A stretch of 11,818 nt of DNA. It comes from Fonticula alba ATCC 38817. Lineage: Eukaryota; Protista; Nucleariida. The stretch is taken from the NCBI GenBank assembly GCA_000388065.2, contig KB932203.1; one strand, 5' to 3'. Positions within the stretch are counted from its first letter, which is position 1. Each line of letters begins with the position of its first letter. Below the pieces are notes generated by a model. That model saw only the letters and a program-made list of their open reading frames with translations. It did not search any database and had not been told where the DNA came from. Below are positions 7,421 through 11,818 of the stretch, one piece after another. The translations under genes and the position numbers were made by a program.

Positions 7421-10256
7421 CTGCGTCGGCGGGGNNNNNNNNNNNNNNNNNNNNNNNNNNNNNNNNNNNNNNNNNNNNNNNNNNNNNNNNNNNNNNNNNN
7501 NNNNNNNNNNNNNNNNNNNNNNNNNNNNNNNNNNNNNNNNNNNNNNNNNNNNNNNNNNNNNNNNNNNNNNNNNNNNNNNNNNNNNNNNNNNNNNNNNNNN
7601 NNNNNNNNNNNNNNNNNNNNNNNNNNNNNNNNNNNNNNNGGGGGGAAAGAAACCGAGAGACGCACTGAAGCGCAGGGCCTTGAACAGGTAGCCGGCAGTG
7701 CCCTCCAGGGCCTTGGGCAGGTAGAACGGATCCCAGGCGGAAGTGAGCTGGTGGTTGTAATCCGGGTTGACAACGCTCACCGGCTTGAGGGTGCCCTGCG
7801 GGTCGCGGCTCGGGAAGAAGAGCTTGATCAGCGAGTCGTTGGTCGAGAAGGACAGGGCGTTCGGGGCGTTGGCGTCGGCCGGGTCAACCGGCGAGGTGAA
7901 CACGCCAGAGGCATCCATGCCACCGGGGGTGCTCATCAGCTCCATGAAGAGCTCCTCCAGGGTGGGCTTCATGGAATCGACGAAGGACCGGATCGACTCG
8001 TCCAGGGAATCGGCGGGGTTGGAGAAGGCCGGGTCGTGGAAGTAGTCGCCGACCTTGTCCTGGACATCGGTGAACATCTCCTGGCAAACGGCGAAGGGAT
8101 GCGCGGAAGTGTCCAGCCCATAGGTGTAGTGCTTGGGGGTCTTGGTGTAGCGCGAGGAGATCGACAGGGTGATGGCGACCTCCGCGGTGCCGAGGGTCAC
8201 CGGACCATAGCACCGGAGGTAGGTCTTGACATCGTCGTCATCCTGCAGGTTGAAGGGCAGGACATCCAGAACACCATGGGCCTCGGCGAAGGCCTGGATC
8301 TGGGTGCAGAGGGCCTCGGTGTTGCTGCCCGCGGTCGCGGTCCGGCAAGTACCACCGGCCTTGAAGGCGGCGATGACGGCGGCCGGGGTGCCGATCAGGT
8401 TGCTGAGGTTGGAAGCCGAGGCACCCTCCACCTTGAAGGCATTGTGCAGGGAGGCCGAGCAGTGCGAAGTCCCGGGGAACCAGCCGGCCACCAGGCGACC
8501 ATAGGCGTTGGCGGCGGAGGTCAGAGGACCACGCTCGCAGTTGTGGGACGCGGCAATCCAGCCAGGCAGGTTGGAGATGCCGACATCCGAGGTCGGGGTC
8601 ACATGGGGGGTGGGCAGCGGGGAGTTCAGGTTGCAGGTGGCCAGGCAGGCAGTGTCGCCCAGGGCACAGTAGCTGTCGGTGTCGGTGGAGTCACTGGAAT
8701 CCGACACCAGGCAGAAGGGGAAGGCGGTCGGGTCGCTGTCGACGAAGAAGGGGTTCTCCATGAGGTTGAGCATGTGGGCCTGGGCATTGTGCAGAGCGGC
8801 CTTCTCGGCGTCGGCGAACTTGCTGGAGCGGGTCAGGGCCGAGAAGAGGAAGTCACCGTTGGCCGAGGAGTTGTACATGGTCTCGAAGACAGTGGAGAAG
8901 TCTGTTGGGCCGGGGGGGGGGAGTCAGTTGATGGCACACATGTGTGTGTATGGGTGAGGCAGCGCGAGGGGGCCGCGCTGGAAAGAAGGAGAGAGAGAGG
9001 GGGAGGGGGGAAAGCCCGCCTCTCTCTCTCTCCCCTTCCCCCCAGGATGGCAGGGCAGTCGGAGGGGAGAAGGAGAGGCCCGGTGACATGGCAGACGCAC
9101 ACTGGTTGGCGATCAGACTGGACGAGAGCAGGGCAAAGTTAGCCATGCGGCCGGCCATCCCCTGGGAGGTCCACTGGTGGCTCATGAGCTCGCTCTCGGA
9201 GCCGAAGCTGTTGACCACATCCAGGTAGGTGGGGTTGAAGAGGGTGATCTGGTCATTGAGCGAGACACCCTTGGAGGACTGCAGAGCGAAGGAACGCTGG
9301 ATCTGGTACGAGAGGGTGCTCTCATCGCTGGCGAAGGTGATCTGCTTGGAGTCGTTCATGTCCAGGGGGTAGATGGTGGCATGGTCGGGGCAGCCGTTGT
9401 TGTACTGCTGCGCCGAGGGGAAGGTGATGTTGACCTCATAGCGCTGGTTCTACGGGGATGGCGCGAGCCACGGGTGGGCGGGGGGGGGGGGGGGGGGGGG
9501 GGGGGGGGCGCGGGGGCGGGGGGGGGGGGGGGGGCAGGCGGCAAGAAGGGCAGTGCCCCCTGCAGCCTCAGACCAGGCGGTTGGCGGGGAAGCGCGTGTG
9601 CGCATGTCTGCTCGCGCGCGCGTGCACGCCCGCTCCCGGGGAGGGCCCCCCTCTCCCGGAAGCACGGCGGATGCGTCGGATGACGAAAATGATGGCGCGC
9701 ACGCCTTCGAAGGACTTGGGGCACTTGCGTCGCTCGTTGCGCTGGCCGCGGGGGTGGGGGGGGGTGTGGTTGTTGTGGTGGTGGTTGGTGTGCGGGGGGG
9801 GGGTGGTGATGCCGGTGGGGGTGGGACGCGTCATGATGATGTCCATCTCGGTGGGCTTGTAGGGGGGGGGGGGGGGGGGGGGGGCATGGCGAGTGTTACC
9901 AAAATTGCGGGCGGGGGAGAGAGGGGAAGGGAGAGGGAGAGAGGGAGAGAGAGAGCAGGAAGCCAGAAGAGGGGGAGGGAGGGGATGCAGTGACGCGGGC
10001 CCGCTCGGGGCCGGTCGCGGTTGACACGCACGGTCCAGGGGGACAGAGAGTCGATGGAGTCCCCGGTGGGGATGTCGCGCTCGACCAGGGAACGGTGGCG
10101 GACCGGCGGCACAACGAAGAAGATGATGATACCGATGGCAATCAGCAGCACACCGAGGATGTAGAGGACGATGGACCAGGCCGTGAACTGGTAGCCAAAG
10201 TACGACTCATCGATGAAGGCGTAGAAGCGCTCCTTGAGGGTCTTGTCGCTGCCCAT
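5823..10256 (-). CDS. Large two-transmembrane CD36/LIMP-2 (scavenger receptor class B)-like glycoprotein, ~1160 aa, ~6 exons
   Basis: Exons 10256-10032, ~9855-9832, 9741-9703, 9449-9101, 8901-7666, 7420-5823 with compatible phases. Hydrophobic helices at both ends (WSIVLYILGVLLIAIGIIIFFVV; MLSALIALCVVGFLALLVGVMFTIFAVV followed by RHVRKRQR) with short tails. Segments RYEVNIT, ITFASDESTLSYQIQRSF...DQITLFNPTYL, VTMYTG...IAG and VHPSSGRTM..CLVQSV resemble CD36-family motifs in the correct order. The gene model is well supported; the family call is by eye only. Confidence 0.65.
6725..6852 (-). repeat. Coding low-complexity 6-nt-periodic repeat encoding a Ser/Thr/Ala linker
   Basis: Plus strand shows GAGGTC/GAAGCC/GAAGCG-type hexamers; translation TGSSSTSASAPASTSGSTSTSASASTSASASASTSTSTSTSTSGS. 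Confidence 0.85.
7435..7639. other. Assembly gap (205 N) within intron 5 of the minus-strand gene
   Basis: N run flanked by G runs; exon phases on both sides are compatible, although a hidden small exon cannot be excluded. Confidence 0.97.
7666..8901 (-). CDS. Exon 5 (Cys-containing insertion region)
   Basis: Acceptor CCCAACAG ending at 8902 with a CTGAC branch-like motif at 8927-8923; open frame YFSTVFETMYNSS...FKALRF; donor GTGCGT at 7665 (phase 1). Confidence 0.88.
9101..9449 (-). CDS. Exon 4 (N-terminal CD36-like segment)
   Basis: Acceptor CCCCGTAG ending at 9450, open frame NQRYEVNITF...LIANQ, donor GTGCGT at 9100 (phase 1). Confidence 0.85.
9703..9741 (-). CDS. Micro-exon 3 (RNERRKCPKSFEG)
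   Basis: CAG acceptor at 9744-9742, donor GTGCGC at 9702, phase 0/0, GC3-rich codons. Confidence 0.65.
9832..9855 (-). CDS. Probable micro-exon 2 (PTEMDIIM, possibly YKPTEMDIIM)
   Basis: Coding-like codons, in frame with exons 1 and 3; both boundaries are atypical (AAG acceptor next to a homopolymer, ACGCGT donor). Confidence 0.5.
10032..10256 (-). CDS. Exon 1 of the 2-TM gene (cytosolic tail plus first TM helix)
   Basis: ATG at 10256-10254, 75 GC3-rich codons MGSDKTLKER...LSPWT, donor GTGCGT at 10031. An acceptor-like CCTCCAG lies 5 nt upstream of the ATG, so an upstream exon is possible. Confidence 0.8.
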
Positions 10257-10624
10257 CTTGTCTGGAGGCAAGACTCAGGGAGAGGGGGGGGCGCGCGGGG
10301 GGTGGGGTGGGGCGGCCTCTCCGAGGGGTGCAAACTCAGCTGGAAGAGGGGGGTCAGGGGGAGGAGAGCGGGACAGAGGGGGGGGGAAAAGGGGAGAGGA
10401 GGCGGGAGGGCCACTTGAAACTCCGGTGTGAGTCATTCCCGGCGCTCGGTGGACGCCGAGCCCGGAGGCTGAAGAGTTCGGGCCGGCGTCGGGACGCACC
10501 TGCACGCCCGGGGCGCCCCACCCGGTCTGCCTGCCCTCCGGACGGCAGCCCCTGGCCGCCGGAGCGGGGAGGCCGACCGGAGCCTCCCCCCCCCCCCCCT
10601 CCGACCTGGGTGTTTGTGCAGGCA

Positions 10625-10660
10625 CACACCCGCTCGCACACCCGCTCGCACACCCGCACA
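10625..10660. repeat. 12-nt tandem repeat CACACCCGCTCG x2 plus one variant copy
   Basis: Units at 10625-10636 and 10637-10648; variant CACACCCGCACA at 10649-10660. Confidence 0.85.
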
Positions 10661-11791
10661 CACTCACAGACATACATGCCCTGCCCCGGGATAGGGGCGG
10701 CCAGGTTAGCTTGGGGGAGTCTGGAGCGTGCCGCCCCGCAACTCTCCCCCCCCCCCCTCCGGCTTCGACTGCGGACCCTGTAGGAACAGGCGGCGCCCGG
10801 GGCCAGGCACCCTGGCAACCCCGCCGCCGGGGGGGCGCGGTGGGGGGAACACTAGCCCGCCTAACAGGGAGGAGAACAAGGATAATTGTATGCGCCCCAG
10901 GAGGGGGGAGGGGGGGGGTCAGTGCCTGGTCATACCTGCGCGCCCGGGCGGACGCCAGCCCGAAAACACCACCGGCTCTGCGGGCAAACGGTCTGGACGC
11001 TGCGCCCGAAGCCCAGGGGGGGACCTCGACGGGTCTTGTGCCAGGGGACACATGAAACAGAGTCGGCCGCGAGGAGGGGGGAGAGACGGGGGGGGGGGGG
11101 GGGAACGCGTCGAGCCCACACGCACCGGCCCGTACAGGTCCAGGGTCGAACATGCGCGCCCGCCCACCGGCCCGGGGTAGGGCACCACGCCAGGAGGCGC
11201 GGCAAGGCGCGGCGGACCGGAGAGCGAATATCGTGCCGGTGTGCGCGCGCGCGCGCGTGTGCCCGAGGCCACGCGTAACCGCATCCGGCGCGCGGAAATT
11301 CACACGGCGGTCCCCCCGGCCTCCCGCCCCCGGGGGCGCAAAGAATGCCAGCTGCCGAGGTCGGCCGGCTCACCCAGGTACACGCCCGGCAGAAAGGGCA
11401 GCCGCCATGCTTCTTCGTCATGACATGCTGAGTGTGCTCGCGCTTCGGCAGGGGTGCGGAAGCCGCCACAGGCACCCCCCGCTCCCCGAGGCAGAGAAGA
11501 CGCCACCCCGCGGAAGAGGCCGCGCGCCGGGGGAGCCGGCCGCCGTCTCGGCGCCCGCCCCTTTCTTGTACGCGCGGCCCGGCCAGGGCGCGGTTGCCCC
11601 GGCCCGCCCCCGCCGAGGCGCCGGCCCCCCGCCCCCTGGTCCCCCAGCTTGGCCCGGGGCCGGCCGGCCGGGCATGCCAGACGAAAGGGCACCGCGGCAT
11701 GGCACGACACGCACACATACCATGCATGCCCGGGCCGCGGCGGCTCCGGCCAAAAGGGCTGCCCGCCCGCGGACATGACCCCTTCCCCATT

Positions 11792-11818
11792 ACACATACA
11801 CACACACACACACACACA
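11792..11818. repeat. (CA)n microsatellite at the window end
   Basis: acacataca followed by (CA)9; the sequence terminates within it. Confidence 0.95.

Noticed and set aside
5661-9142. Long plus-strand ORFs (5661-7691, 7751-9142)
   Set aside because: Antisense shadows of the minus-strand gene, as expected from strong C/G-ending codon bias.
10275-11817. Multiple long overlapping ORFs on both strands at the right end
   Set aside because: G/P/R/A-rich products expected from very high GC and few stop codons; no consistent codon bias or recognisable domain.
1-11818. Prokaryotic-type systems, CRISPR arrays, tRNA/rRNA, transposon termini; specific organism assignment
   Set aside because: No spaced direct repeats, RNA-gene signatures, TIRs/LTRs or transposase/RT motifs were seen. 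The style recalls GC-rich free-living protist genomes, but a species cannot be supported without a search.

Overview
GC-rich eukaryotic scaffold (probably a protist; the taxon cannot be determined from the sequence) with three N-gaps and two convergent, intron-containing genes. Plus strand: an importin-7/8 family karyopherin in five exons (36-77 partial, 235-316, 887-1712, 2138-3685, 3915-4557). All four junctions are GT-AG and phase-compatible, giving about 1046 aa with the extreme N-terminus missing. Minus strand: a two-transmembrane protein of about 1160 aa (exons 10256-10032, ~9855-9832, 9741-9703, 9449-9101, 8901-7666, 7420-5823). Its N- and C-terminal ectodomain segments resemble the CD36/LIMP-2 (SCARB) family but are separated by about 700 aa of Cys-containing sequence ending in a Ser/Thr/Ala linker; this is the most interesting object in the window. 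Splice signals are distinctive: all eight confident donors are GTRCGY and several acceptor regions are U-free and CA-rich. One apparent intron has a non-canonical ACGCGT start. Several assembly artefacts are visible (chimeric first 34 nt, false duplication across a gap, degraded reads after G-runs). Most long ORFs in the supplied track are antisense shadows or repeat translations. No RNA genes, mobile elements or CRISPR arrays were seen.
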